Below are positions 37,085 to 54,113 of a stretch of 64,000 bases of DNA, in pieces. The position numbers and the translations under genes are program-made. Every line of letters starts with the position of its first letter. Within the stretch, counting starts at the first letter, position 1. Source of the DNA: Macrostomum lignano. Lineage: Eukaryota. The notes below the pieces were generated by a model. It saw only the letters and a list, made by a program, of their open reading frames with translations, ran no database searches and had not been told where the DNA came from. The stretch lies in assembly GCA_002269645.1 (NCBI GenBank), contig NIVC01001422.1:62001-126000 (forward strand), in the 5' to 3' direction.

Positions 37085-38310
37085 AGGGCATTGAGCTACA
37101 TGATGAGGTGGGTTAAGCGTGCGACAGTGCACGAATGTCTCTAGCAAGCTTGGACACTGAGCTACATGATGAGGTGGGTTAAGCGTGCGACAGTGCAGGA
37201 CTGTCTCTAGCAAGCTTGGACACTGAGCTACATGATGAGGTGGGTTAAGCGTGCGACAGTGCAGGACTGTCTCTAGCAAGCTTGGACACTGAGCTACATG
37301 ATGAGGTGGGTTAAGCGTGCGACAGTGCACGACTGTCTCTAGCAAGCTTGGACACTGAGCTACATGATGAGGTGGGTTAAGCGTGCGACAGTGCAGGACT
37401 GTCTCTAGCAAGCTTGGACACTGAGCTACATGATGAGGTGGGTTAAGCGTGCGACAGTGCAGGACTGTCTCTAGCAAGCTTGGACACTGAGCTACATGAT
37501 GAGGTGGGTTAAGCGTGCGACAGTGCAGGACTGTCTCTAGCAAGCTTGGACACTGAGCTACATGATGAGGTGGGTTAAGCGTGCGACAGTGCAGGACTGT
37601 CTCTAGCAAGCTTGGGCACTGAGCTACATGATGAGGTGGGTTAAGCGTGCGACAGTGCAGGACTGTCTCTAGCAAGCTTGGACACTGAGCTACATGATGA
37701 GGTGGGTTAAGCGTGCGACAGTGCAGGACTGTCTCTAGCAAGCTTGGACACTGAGCTACATGATGAGGTGGGTTAAGCGTGCGACAGTGCACGACTGTCT
37801 CTAGCAAGCTTGGACACTGAGCTACATGATGAGGTGGGTTAAGCGTGCGACAGTGCAGGACTGTCTCTAGCAAGCTTGGACACTGAGCTACAAGATGAGG
37901 TGGGTTAAGCGTGCGACAGTGCACGACTGTTTCTAGCAAGCTTGGACACTGAGCTACATGATGAGGTGGGTTAAGCGTGCGACAGTGCAGGACTGTCTCT
38001 AGCAAGCTTGGACACTGAGCTACATGATGAGGTGGGTTAAGCGTGCGACAGTGCAGGACTGTCTCTAGCAAGCTTGGACACTGAGCTACATGATGAGGTG
38101 GGTTAAGCGTGCGACAGTGCAGGACTGTCTCTAGCAAGCTTGGACACTGAGCTACATGATGAGGTGGGTTAAGCGTGCGACAGTGCACGACTGTCTCTAG
38201 CAAGCTTGGACACTGAGCTACATGATGAGGTGGGTTAAGCGTGAGACAGTGCAGGACTGTCTCTAGCAAGCTTGGACACTGAGCTACATGATGAGGTGGG
38301 TTAAGCGTGT
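37085..38310. repeat. Highly homogeneous 66-bp minisatellite, ~18.5 copies
   Basis: GACACTGAGCTACATGATGAGGTGGGTTAAGCGTGCGACAGTGCAGGACTGTCTCTAGCAAGCTTG. Confidence 0.97.
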
Positions 38311-39169
38311 TCGTGCATCTTGAGAGAAATGAAGGTCACGTGCGAGTTTTGAACTTTCGATACTTTAGCTTCGTTCATCGGAGAGTATTGGAATTGATGG
38401 GTCAAATTTTGGAATCCCACATTAGTACCTCAATGAGGCAGCAGGCGGGTGGATAAGCGATCACCCACCTTACCAACCGGCTGCTGCCCTATCCAGTGCA
38501 TTTAGGTCCAAAGTGGTCCCCGGCCTGCACAAAGAGAAATTATTCTGCTATACTTTGAACTGTGCGGCTACATTCGCTTACAGGAGGACGGCTTGGGTGC
38601 ATGGGATGGGGGCAGCATATCCCCTAAGTCCCCTTCGGCTAGCAAAAGAGAAGGGCTTGAAAGGCAAAGCGCTGCCCTCCCGATTCACATTTGCGGACTT
38701 GTCTCTAGCCTTAGCTCTCAGCTACAATGCTGAAGTCTACAATGCACTAACAATGCGGCTATGCTTTCCGCGATGCTTGAAGCTGACGGGGCAGAAGCTC
38801 AGACTCTGCAGCGATTTCCCCGTAGTCAGTTATCAATTCTTTGTGCCTAAGCTGGGAACTCGTCTATAGATACATGGTAGGGGAACCTGAGCGGCTGTAG
38901 TCAATTTGGCTTTTGATATTATACCTTCATATAGCAAAGCATTCCCGTCTATCCATATTATTAAGCATCAATTTTTTAGTTTGACTACTGATGTTCCTTG
39001 ACAGAAAAATGGTCAAAAGATGAGAGCGAGTCACGCTAGATACTAGCGTAAAAGAAATTTTTTGCTGTCTTTTTGGTCTGCCTCGAGGTATCCGTACGAC
39101 TGAAATCTGGCTGATTTCCAAACAAGCCAAGGTCTGCTCTTCTTTGCTAAGTCATTTTCTCTCTTCCGG

Positions 39170-39830
39170 TTCCCTCACTCCTCGCTTCCCTTTCCCATCC
39201 TCTTTGCTTGCCTTTCCCATCCTCTTCGCTTGCCTTTCCCATCCTCTTCGCTTGCCTTTCCCATCCTCTTCGCTTCCATCTCCTTGTTCCCCTCGTATTT
39301 CATGCTCATCTCTTACTATCTCTAACATTACATTTCTCATCTTAAATCTCCCATCTCCCATCTCTCATTTCCCTTCCCCCTTCTCCCATCTCCCATCTCC
39401 CATCACCCATCTCCCATTTCCCTTCCCCCTTCTCCCATCTCCCATCTCCATCTCCCCTCTCACAACTCCAATCTCCCATCACCCATCTCCCATCTCCCAT
39501 CTCCCATCACACATCTCCCATCACACATCTTCCATCTCCCTTCCCCCTTCTCCCATCTCCAATCTCCCATCACCCATCTCCCATCTCCCATCTCCCATCT
39601 CCCATCTCCATTCTCCCCTCTCACAACTCCCATCTCCCAACTCCAATCTCTCATCTCCCATCTCCCCTCTCACAACTCCAATCTCCCATCAGCCATCTCT
39701 CATCTCCCCTCTCTCATCTCCCCTCTCGCATCTCCCCTCTCACAGCTCCCATCTTTCCTCTCCGATCTTCCATCTCCCACCTTCCATCTCCCACCTTCCA
39801 TCTCCCACCTCTCACCTCCCACCCCCTACC
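39170..39830. repeat. CT-rich low-complexity region (CCCATCT-type units)
   Basis: Direct reading. Confidence 0.85.
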
Positions 39831-40449
39831 TCAGCTCCCCTTTTCCCCAACACTCAGTCCTCAAAAAAATCTCCCCGAACTCAAACATCATTTGCATCTG
39901 CTCACTCTAAACTGCCACACAGTTCGTAGCTGTCCAGCCCCTCCAGCTCCGTGCCGCAGCTTCAATTTCATCTTCATCACCGATCTATCAAGGTCTCTTA
40001 AACACGCGAGAGGACTCTCTACGGTAAAGAAAACAAAACAAAACACACGCAAAATCTCGGGGGGGGCGGCTTTCTTTTAGCAATAATTTCTAGCCGAATT
40101 AATTTGTCCATCTTGCATCGATGAGCGGCCGCTAGTAGCGGCCCGATCAGAAAGCCGCTTGGCTGGTTTCCGGGGCAAATAACAGATCGGCTCGCCTAGG
40201 GACCGGACAGGCCATTCAATTATCTATCGGGGGGGGGGCTGTTCAGAATTTGTGTAATAAAGCTGCGGCGGTTTTAGAGTGGCACCCTTGACCCGGCCTG
40301 GCTCGGTTTGTGTCCGCTGATTCTCTCTTATGCAAGCACGGTCAAAGATAAATAGGAACGATTGCGTCCTGCTGCTTTTGCTGGCTGGGGTAACTCCCTC
40401 CATGGGGATAAAATTTTGGTTCCTCTTGTTCAACCCTTAGCCTCCCTAT

Positions 40450-40770
40450 TGCTCTCTCACTTGCCCTCTCCCTTGCCCTCTCCCTTGCCCTCTCCCTTGC
40501 CCTCTCCCTTGCCCTCTCCCTTGCCCTCTCCCTTGCCTCCTCGCCCTCTCCCTTGCCCTCTCGCCCCCTCTCTTGCCCTCTCCCTTGCCCTCTTGCTTGC
40601 CCTCTCCCTTGCCCTCTCCCTTGCCTTCTCTCCCTCATTCTTGCCCACGCCCACACCCTCTCCTTCACCCTCTCCCTTTCCCTCTCCCTTGCCCTCTTGC
40701 TTGCCCTCCCCCTGCTCTCTCCCATTGCCCTCTTCTTTCTCCTCTTGGCTCTCTTTTGTCTGTTCCCTCT
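40450..40770. repeat. 12-bp repeat TTGCCCTCTCCC
   Basis: Direct reading. Confidence 0.9.
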
Positions 40771-41459
40771 CCCCCCTTGACAAGTGATAAAAAGTCAATG
40801 AATAGCATGTATCTGTCTATCAACTCGCAATCCGTTAGACTTGATAAACAAATGACTGCAAGTTTTACTCAAATAAAGCAGTATATTATTTAGAATGTAC
40901 ATTCGGCATTTTAGCTGATTACTAATAACTGATCAAATTGGCAAGACATAGGTGAGTGAATGGTCAGTCTCGAATATTTATATCATTCGCAAATAGAAAA
41001 TTCTATCGATCAAAGCTTAGTTCTCTACTGCCAGTAGGATGACAGACATTCGTTTGCAATTCAATGGCTTGCCGGAATGCGGTTGAAATCAGAGGTAAAT
41101 TTTGGCGCAGAAGCCGAGTTTTGCAGTGCCGGTGAGTGCTGAGTTTCTGGTGCTGCGCACCACTCCTCTTATCGAAAGGGGGAAACATTTTAGATTTTAC
41201 CGAGAATCCCAAAAGCCCCAAATTCTCCCAATAATCTCAAATCCTCAAGTGTCCAAAGCCCTCATAATCAAGATTTCTCCAATACTGTAGTCTTAAATCC
41301 CAAAAATTCCTATTGTTCCAATCTCGAAGATTTCAAATTTTTAATCTAAAAGATCTAAAACGCTTGAATCCTGAAAGCGTAAGTATTCCAAAATCCTGTA
41401 ATTTAAAATATCCAGATTCTCAAGAATCTCAACTCCTCAAATTCTCAGAGTCCCATAAA

Positions 41460-42190
41460 CATAAACATCAAAAATCCCAAGAATCCTGAAATCCTAAAAA
41501 ATCCTGAAATCCCAAAAAATCCTGAAATCCCAAAAAATCCTGAAATCCCTAAAAATCCTGAAATCCCAAAAAATCCTGAAATCCCAAAAAATCCTGAAAT
41601 CCCACAAAAATCCTGAAATCCCAAAAAATCCTGAAATCCCAAGGATCTTAAAATCCCTCAAATCCCAAGAATCCTGAAATCCCAAAGATCCTTAAATCCC
41701 TAGGATCTTAAAATCCCTAAAATCCCAAGAATCCTGAAATCCCAAAGATCCTTAAATCCCAAGGATCGTTAAATCCCAAGGATTTTTAAATCCCAAGAAT
41801 TCCTAAATCCCAAGGATCCTGAAATCCCAAGAATCCTGAAATCCCAAAGATCCTTAAATCCCAAGGATCTTAAAATCCCTAAAATCCCAAGAATCCTGAA
41901 ATCCCAAAGATCCTTAAATCCCAAGGATCGTTAAATCCCAAGGATTTTTAAATCCCAAGGATCCTTAAATCCCAAGAATCCTTAAATCCCAAGAATCCTG
42001 AAATCCCAAGAATCCTGAAATCCCAAAAAATCCTGAAATCCCAAAGATCCTTAAATCCCAAAGATCCTTAAATCCCAAGACTCCTGAAATCCCAAGACTC
42101 CTGAAATCCCAAGAATACTTTAATCCCAAGAATCCTTTAATTTCAACAATCCTTAAATCCCAACAAATCCCAAGAATCCCAAAGAATCCT
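41460..42190. repeat. AATCCTGAAATCCCAA(G/A)-type minisatellite, 3' of the spondin-like CDS
   Basis: 17-18-bp units. Confidence 0.9.
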
Positions 42191-42238
42191 TACGTCCTAA
42201 ATGTTCCTAAGCCACCCATCCAGATCCTTGGTGTGCCG

Positions 42239-46293
<4,055 letters not shown>

Positions 46294-46759
46294 GGCGGGA
46301 GGGAGGCAAAGGAAAAGAATGGCTCACTGGCTCACACTGCCAGAGTGTAGCTGGGGTTCTTATCACTGCGCTGCTTAGGGAAACCCGAGGAGCTGGTTGG
46401 CTGTGGAGCGCTCGGCCTGATCGATATTGTCCGATCCACAGCCAACAGCCCCCCCCCCCCCGGGTCTGATCTGTACGTCTGTTCTATGCCAGCGCAATAT
46501 TGAATAAATTAATAATAGATATATTCAAACTATATGTCCTGAAGGCATATTCTGCGTTTAAAATCCAAGCCTGCTAGATCTGCCAGTTACAGCTGGGTTG
46601 TCTTTATGGGATTATAATCCCACTCAAGTGGGTTGGGAGAGTGGGAGATTCTAAAACGAGATCAGCGATTTCGAACTCCGAGAGGAGCTTATCCGCAGAA
46701 ATTTTTGTTAACAAATTGCTGATTTCATCATTTCCTTTTGTCTGTCTTGACTCCTGGTC

Positions 46760-47410
46760 CTCTCTTCACCTCTCTCTTCCCTAGTATCTCCCTCTCTTTC
46801 CCAGTATCTCCCTCTCTTTCCCAGTATCTCCCTCTCTTCCCTAGTATCTCCCTCTCTTTCCCAGTATCTCCCTCTCTTTCCCAGTATCTCCCTCTCTTTC
46901 CCAGTATCTCCCTCTCTTCCCTAGTATCTCCCTCTCTTTCCCAGTATCTCCCTCTCTTTCCCAGTATCTCCCTCTCTTTCCCAGTATCTCCCTCTCTTTC
47001 CCAGTATCTCCCTCTCTTTCCTAGTATCTCCCTCTCTTTCCCAGTATCTCCCTCTCTTTCCCAGTATCTCCCTCTCTTTCCCAGTATCTCCCTCTCTTTC
47101 CCAGTATCTCCCTCTCTTTCCCAGTATCTCCCTCTCTTTCCCAGTATCTCCCTCTCTTTCCCAGTATCTCCCTCTCTTTCCCAGTATCTCCCTCTCTTTC
47201 CCAGTATCTCCCTCTCTTCCTCAGTATCTCCCTTCTCTTCCCCAGCATCTCCTCTCTTTCCCAGTATCTCCCTCTCTTTCCCAGTATCTCCCTCTCTTTC
47301 CCAGTATCTCCCTCTCTTTCCCAGTATCTCCCTCTCTTTCCCAGTATCTCCCTCTCTTTCCCAGTATCTCCCTCTCTTCCCCAGCATCTCTCTTCTCTCT
47401 TCTCCAGTGT
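46760..47410. repeat. 20-bp minisatellite CCAGTATCTCCCTCTCTTTC
   Basis: About 31 copies. Confidence 0.95.
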
Positions 47411-48882
47411 CTCCCATTTCTTGGCAATCAACAGACAGAAAGCTCTTTCAGGCAATTTGTTTTCAATTTCTGCGCATCTGGATGCAGGAAATTCAAGCGG
47501 ACGGGATCAGCAGAAGCGGCAAGTGAATGAAATTTCATGCCAGCGGTTCCTCTCCAGCCTTGCTCCCGAAAAAACCTCAAGCAAAAAAGGCTCTTCAAAA
47601 ATGTAAATTATATTTTTCTGACTTGGCAAGAAAAAATCCAGCCCGATGGGAACTGCGCCCTTGCAGCCAGTCGCATTCCACAGAAAATGAAATTTCTTCC
47701 CTTCTCGCTTTACGCTTTTTATTTTGTCTTCTATCATGCCAACAGAGCAGACCCAAGTCTTACAACGAATATTCTGTATAAAAAGCCCTGTTTTTCGATT
47801 TAATTGTCAAACGCTTAGATTTCTACTGGTAGTAAGCTTTGCGCATCTCTGCTGGTTCAAATTGGGGAATTAATAAATTGTTTATTAATGTAAGAACTAC
47901 AGTCCGATCTGCTAACTTCGTCTGGACTGCTATTTGGGACATTTTAGATCAGCAGTTGATTTTAGATATAAGGGCATTATACGAGTACATAAATAGATTT
48001 TAGTAGATGTCGATTAAGGGGGGATTTGGTTGTCCAAGGGGGTGGACTATTGTTATTTACCTTAGATGAGCAGTTGTAGGTATTGCATTGGGGTATTTGA
48101 TTTTAGATATAAGAGCATTACGTATAAACAGGTTTTAGTAGATGTTGATCTAAGGGGGGTTTGAAGCAGGTTGTCCCAGAACTCCCCCAAGGCCTACCAC
48201 TCACCAGGCATAGTGACAAGAGGAAAATTGCGTACTTTACAAGTGTCCGCGAACTATGCGAGATTACTATATTTTATACTTTTACCCCAGGGCCGTCTCA
48301 GTCAACAGCAGCTGTCAACAGACAAAAAAATCTGTTTTATGAGACTAAAGTAAATTTGCATGATTGATAAATCGACGTTAAGGTCGACGTTTATAGCAAC
48401 TGTAGCTTCATGCTACTGTTAGTAGGACTTGCTAATAATACTTCCACGAGACATCAAATAAAAAATGTTACAATGAAGTTTTAACAAAACTTTTTTGATT
48501 TTACATGTAGTCTCTCTCTCTCTCTCTCTCTCCACTCCTGCACCTTCGCCCGTCCCTCGCTCTGACTAGAGTGATCCCAGTTCAATATTTCGCATGTTGC
48601 ACTCAGCGGGGGGCGGGGGTGAGGAAGGGCAGACAGTCGAACTCCCAATGCGTCGCCAACCCCTGGAGCTCCGGGCTCACTGGATCGATTTGTAAGGCGC
48701 AAATGTCAATAGACTGGGGCGCTAGCAGGAAATTAAGTGCGCTGAGTAGAGACCCCCCACACGTATTTATTCCACCTTGGCTGTTTATTTCCCTTTGCTC
48801 CAGAACATTCCAGTCACCGAGCCAGTTAGTAGTCTCTGCCGCCCCAGCCAGAAAGCTCCGGTCTGAATTCGATAGCGCTGAC

Positions 48883-51810
48883 ATGGCCGAAGCATCCACG
48901 CCAGAGGACAGAGAAACTAGAAACAGCGGCGGCCGGGGCGGTTTCCGGTTCTTCTGGAAAAAGAAAAAATCTTCAAGCAGCGCCGGCGAGACATCTCCAA
49001 GCGACGCCAAGCGAACGGGATGCGGCGGCCTCTTCAGGCGCAAAACTAGGAGCAAGGCGAAGTCGCCGGTAGGCTGCCGTTTCATGCTACTATTAGTAGA
49101 TCTTGCCTCAGACCCCTGGTTCGATTCCGCCCGTACACAGCCAGTCACATTCATTTGGGCCTTCGTACAGCATTGCCGCAACTCTCTCGCAAGCCTTATA
49201 TTTTAATAAAGACTTTGTTTCAATTAGGCTAAAAGTATTTCTAACGGCTGATCCTCCACAATGTTCAACAACAAGACAGCTCGCTTGTTTGGACCATGTT
49301 GAGTTACCTGGGGTGGACTTACCGTACCATCGGGAACCCTAGCGCAGGCATGAGTTATACCGTTTTGTTTCAGCAACTCGAGCATAGATGGCTTTGGGGA
49401 AGCACTGTGCTGGATCCATGAATCCATGCATACATGTACAACCTGAGTTTGACCAGTTCAATCGCGTTCTAAACCAACCGATACTGCAATGAAAAGAACT
49501 CCAAACGAGCAAAACCACCAATCAATTGAGAACTTAGGTAAATTATGTGAGTAGGTGAAATCACTCGTGCGCTTTTTCACTTAGCTGCAGGGGGCTCCGT
49601 GCATCCGGAAACAGCGAGGAGGCGTTGCCGCCCATTTCGCTAACCCCTGGCGACCACGGGCAGCTGGTGCTGCGGTGTCGCGCAGGGAGTTCCGGTGGTG
49701 CCGGTGTCCGCAGCGCGGTCCCCCTCCGGAGAGTCCAGGAGGTGGATGGTCGCTCGCCCGGTAGCCCTTAGGTAGCGGACGAGCTGGCAGAGATTATCGG
49801 GCCTGAAAACGTCGGAGAGGTCCGGGTTTGGGCCGAGGTAGGTGAGCCTGTCCTGAGTAAAGGCGGGGCATTCACAGATGAAATGCTCCGCATTCTCGAC
49901 ACCGGAGAGGCAGAATGGGCATTCCTCACGGCGGATTTTTCCCTGGAGGTGACGATGCCTGGCAAAACAGCCATGACCCGAGAGGGCCACCACCCTGATG
50001 CCCCTGCGGTTGAGTCTAAGCAGAGCCCTGTGCAGGGCTGAGGAAGGACAGGGGAGCCGTGCGGGATTGCCGGCAGTCGGGGGGGGGGCGTTGGCCCACC
50101 TCTCCCTGTGCTTAGAAGCCACCCACTGGTTGATCCGAGTGGTGACAAATCACTCGTACACAGTAATGGACGAAAAATAATGACACATGAGGCTTCGAGT
50201 TTCGAGTCTTAGATTGAGTCTTCGAGTCTTAGATTGTAGAAAAAGTACGATTCTACACCCAGTATTACATTTAGTATGTGATGAAGCGTTAACTCGTTTT
50301 ATTGTCCTGATACCTGCTTTATAAAGCAGGAACAGCAGGAGCAGAAACCGGAGGTGTCAGCCAACCACAGCAACGCCCATCGGTCGCAGTCTCAGCCGCC
50401 GCCGCCGCCACCAACAGCAAGCCAGACGGTGCAGATCACATTTGACGATGTTGAACTACCAGACGTCTGTCACGGCAACGCCGATAGCGACGGAGGCAGC
50501 GTGCACTCGGTCTGCGAGGAGGTGGTCTGCGTGAAGGTCAAGGACGTCGAATCGGCCTGGGTTCGGCCGCCTGTGTCCGCTCCGGCCAAGGACGCCAAGC
50601 CGCGTTTGTCCCTGGCGAAGATGGCCAGCAAGGACGCGCCGGGGCCGGCGGCGGATGGCCAGTCCAGCCGGCAGTCGGACGCCGGGATGTCCGCCGAAGC
50701 TACCGCAGCCGTTGAAGCCGCCATCGCTGCCGCGGCCAACGACGCCGAAGCTGAGGCGGAGCGGCAGCGGATTGCGGAGGCCAGATTTCAGCGAAAATCG
50801 GTTGACATGCGAAACGTCAAGGCTATGGGTGGCGTGAAGGTTTGTCGCTGTTGTCATTCGCGCTCAAAAAGTTTTAAATGAGTAGCCCAGGGCTTAGTTT
50901 ATGTATGGTACTCGTACCGGTAGACTGTCAAGACACACTGTTTTATACTGTATGACAAGGCCCAGAGACTATCAGGACACTGTGTATCTAGATACTATAC
51001 TATGGCATGATTCAGAGACTATCAGGACACACCGTGTATCTAGATACTATACTATGGCATGATTCAGAGACTATCAGGACACACCGTGTATCTAGATACT
51101 ATACTATGGCATGATTCAGAGACTATCAGGACACACCGTGTATCTAGATACTATACTATGGCATGATTCAGAGACTATCAGGACACACCGTGTATCTAGA
51201 TACTATACTATGGCATGATTCAGAGACTATCAGGACACACCGTGTATCTAGATACTATACTATGGCATGATTCAGAGACTATCAGGACACACTTATCCAC
51301 CTTTGACAAGGGACTCCAGACGCACTGACGTTGACTCACTGGAGACAAAACAAAAAGTGACTGTATGGAGCCAAAAACGAACCCTATCACCCGCAGATCG
51401 AGCAGACACCGCAGTCGGAGATGTGGTGGAACATCGTGAATAAAAGCCTGGTTGGCACCGGCCTGTTCAGCCGGGCAGTCGTGTGCAGCCTGACCACTGG
51501 CGGCGTGTTCGCCTGCAATCCGGCCGATTTCGCGCCAGCCGCCGAGCAAGTGGCCCTCCTGAGGGAAAATTTTCACAATCCGGGCGCTTTCTCGGCCGCC
51601 GGATTCGCTGTCGGCGGCATTCTGTACAAGGTCGAGCCCGAAGCTTGCACCAAAGAGCTGCTGTCTGGAGTGAACCTGCAGCACACGGAGGGCTTACTGA
51701 TAGTGAAGTCTCGAACCGCGCTGATTGCCGCCGGATACACCGGAGGTCGCGGCCAGGCGCAGGAGACTCTGGGGGATCTGCTGGACCTGTTCGTGCAGCA
51801 GGGACTCTGA
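48883..51810 (+). CDS. Profilin-domain protein with long low-complexity N-terminal extension, 3 exons, 369 aa
   Basis: Exons 48883-49068, 50330-50839, 51397-51810, all phase 0 and joining into one open frame. The C-terminal ~129 aa ([61 protein letters not shown]) follows the profilin pattern. Linkage of exons 1-2 to the profilin exon is inferred from splice sites only. Confidence 0.75.
49569..50146 (-). mobile_element. 5'-truncated non-LTR retrotransposon (LINE ORF2 C-terminal zinc knuckle; R1/LOA/I-group style), antisense in intron 1 of the profilin gene
   Basis: [37 protein letters not shown] is the CX2C..HX4C C-terminal motif of these LINEs; flanked by an 11-bp direct repeat AAATCACTCGT (49558-49568, 50147-50157). 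Confidence 0.8.
50960..51292. repeat. 52-bp minisatellite, profilin-gene intron 2
   Basis: Period 52 (51011 vs 51063). Confidence 0.95.
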
Positions 51811-51894
51811 GCGGGAGCTGACGCCTATTGACTGCCGGATATGAATTGTACTAAAGTTGCTGTCTGTTGACTGTGTGAATGTTGACTGCTTTTT

Positions 51895-52545
51895 GCCAGT
51901 TGTGTGCTGTTCTGTGACTTCTACGATGTGATTTGTGCTGTTCTGTGACTTCTACGATGTGATTTGTGCTGTTCTGTGACTTCTACGATGTGATTTGTGC
52001 TGTTCTGTGACTTCTACGATGTGATTTGTGCTGTTCTGTGACTTCTACGATGTGATTTGTGCTGTTCTGTGACTTCTACGATGTGATTTGTGCTGTTCTG
52101 TGACTTCTACGATGTGATTTGTGCTGTTCTGTGACTTCTATGATGTGATTTGTGCTGTTCTGTGACTTCTACGATGTGATTTGTGCTGTTCTGTAACTTC
52201 TACGATGTGATTTTTGCTGTTCTGTGACTTCTACGATGTGATTTGTGCTGTTCTGTGACTTCTACGATGTGATTTGTGCTGTTCTGTGACTTCTATGATG
52301 TGATTTGTGCTGTTCTGTGACTTCTATGATGTGATTTGTGCTGTTCTGTGACTTCTATGATGTGATTTGTGCTGTTCTGTGACTTCTATGATGTGATTTG
52401 TGCTGTTCTGTGACTTCTACGATGTGATTTGTGCTGTTCTGTGACTTCTATGATGTGATTTGTGCTGTTCTGTGACTTCCAAATTGTTGTGTGCTGTTCT
52501 GTGACATCTAAATTGTGTTGTGTGCTGTTCTGTGACTTCTACATA
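51895..52545. repeat. 31-bp minisatellite GATGTGATTTGTGCTGTTCTGTGACTTCTAC
   Basis: Period 31 (51911 vs 51942). Confidence 0.95.
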
Positions 52546-53164
52546 AATTGTATGCAATGCAGGGGGTGAGCTGTGGCGATGGTAAAATATGATAAAATGT
52601 GTTGCACTGCCGTCTGCTGTGACAGCTGTGTTCTTTGCTTTGTGCTTTTGGCTAATCTTGCTAGACTGAAGCTTTAAACACACTTGACTTACTGCACTTA
52701 CATTGGTATTTGCTAATCTTTTTTTCCATTTTTTCGCGTGTTTCGTATTCAGATCAAAGAAATTCAGCATGACTTAAAAATAATGGTTTAATGCTGCCGT
52801 TACTACTGTATCCTTGTCTACTTTAAACTGAAACAAATTGAAAAAAAATTATAGCCTGAATGTAAAGTAAATTTAAACATTCCTTCGTTTTCTGATGCTA
52901 TATTTTTAAGACTTTTGAAACCACCATTGACCATTTAAAGTCAACATTGTCATTTACTGTCGGAAGCTTAAATCGTTTTCTATTCGGTAAAGGTTTTTGG
53001 ACTTTTTGGTGAAAGAACCAGCCTTTCGTGAAGTCGGTCTGCCTTCCTCTGCTTTGTATGCTTCAATAAACACTTGGATGTACCAATAATGAATCTACAG
53101 AGTCTTCAACATTGCTAACCGGGGTCATTCGCTGTGGGGACTCGCTTTAATTAATCAAAATGCC

Positions 53165-54097
53165 CTAGGAGTGAAACCCTGCAGTCCTAGCTTTATAGCA
53201 CGGGTCCTAGGAGTGAAACCCTGCAGTCCTGGCTTTATAGCACGGGTCCTAGGAGTGAAACCCTGCAGTCCTAGCTTTATAGCACGGGTCCTAGGAGTGA
53301 AACCCTGCAGTCCTAGCTTTATAGCACGGGTCCTAGGAGTGAAACCCTGCAGTCCTGGCTTTATAGCACGGGTCCTAGGAGTGAAACCCTGCAGTCCTAG
53401 CTTTATAGCACGGGTCCTAGGAGTGAAACCCTGCAGTCCTAGCTTTATAGCACGGGTCCTAGGAGTGAAACCAGCTGCAGTCCTAGCTTTATAGCACGGG
53501 TCCTAGGAGTGAAACCAGCTGCAGTATTAGCTTTATAGCACGGGTCCTATGAGTGAAACCAGCTGCAGTATTAGCTTTATAGCACGGGTCCTATGAGTGA
53601 AACCAGCTGCAGTATTAGCTTTAAAGCACGGGTCCTATGAGTGAAACCAGCTGCAGTATTAGCTTTATAGCACGGGTCCTAGGAGTGAAACCAGCTGCAG
53701 TATTAGCTTTATAGCACGGGTCCTATGAGTGAAACGAGCTGCAGTATTAGCTTTATAGCACGGGTCCTATGAGTGAAACCAGCTGCAGTATTAGCTTTAT
53801 AGCACGGGTCCTATGAGTGAAACCAGCTGCAGTATTAGCTTTATAGCACGGGTCCTAGGAGTGAAACCAGCTGCAGTATTAGCTTTATAGCACGGGTCCT
53901 AGGAGTGAAACCAGCTGCAGTATTAGCTTTATAGCACGGGTCCTAGGAGTGAAACCAGCTGCAGTCCTGGCTTTATAGCACTGTCTCTAGGAGTGAAACC
54001 CTGCAGTCCTGGCTTTATAGCACTGTCTCTAGGAGTGAAACTCTGCGATCCTGGCTTTATAGCACTGTCTCTAGGAGTGAAACTCTGCAGTCCTGGC
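53165..54097. repeat. 42/44-bp minisatellite CCTAGGAGTGAAACC(AG)CTGCAGTCCTAGCTTTATAGCACGGGT
   Basis: Blocks of 42, 44 and 42-bp units. Confidence 0.95.
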
Positions 54098-54113
54098 TCA
54101 GGGTTCATCGAAA

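Noticed and set aside
37085-38310. CRISPR-like appearance of the regular arrays
   Set aside because: Units are head-to-tail with no unique spacers, there are no cas genes, and the context is eukaryotic.
48571-48882. Upstream part of the 211-aa ORF
   Set aside because: Non-ATG start and no coding bias before Met 48883; the frame past 49068 is intron.
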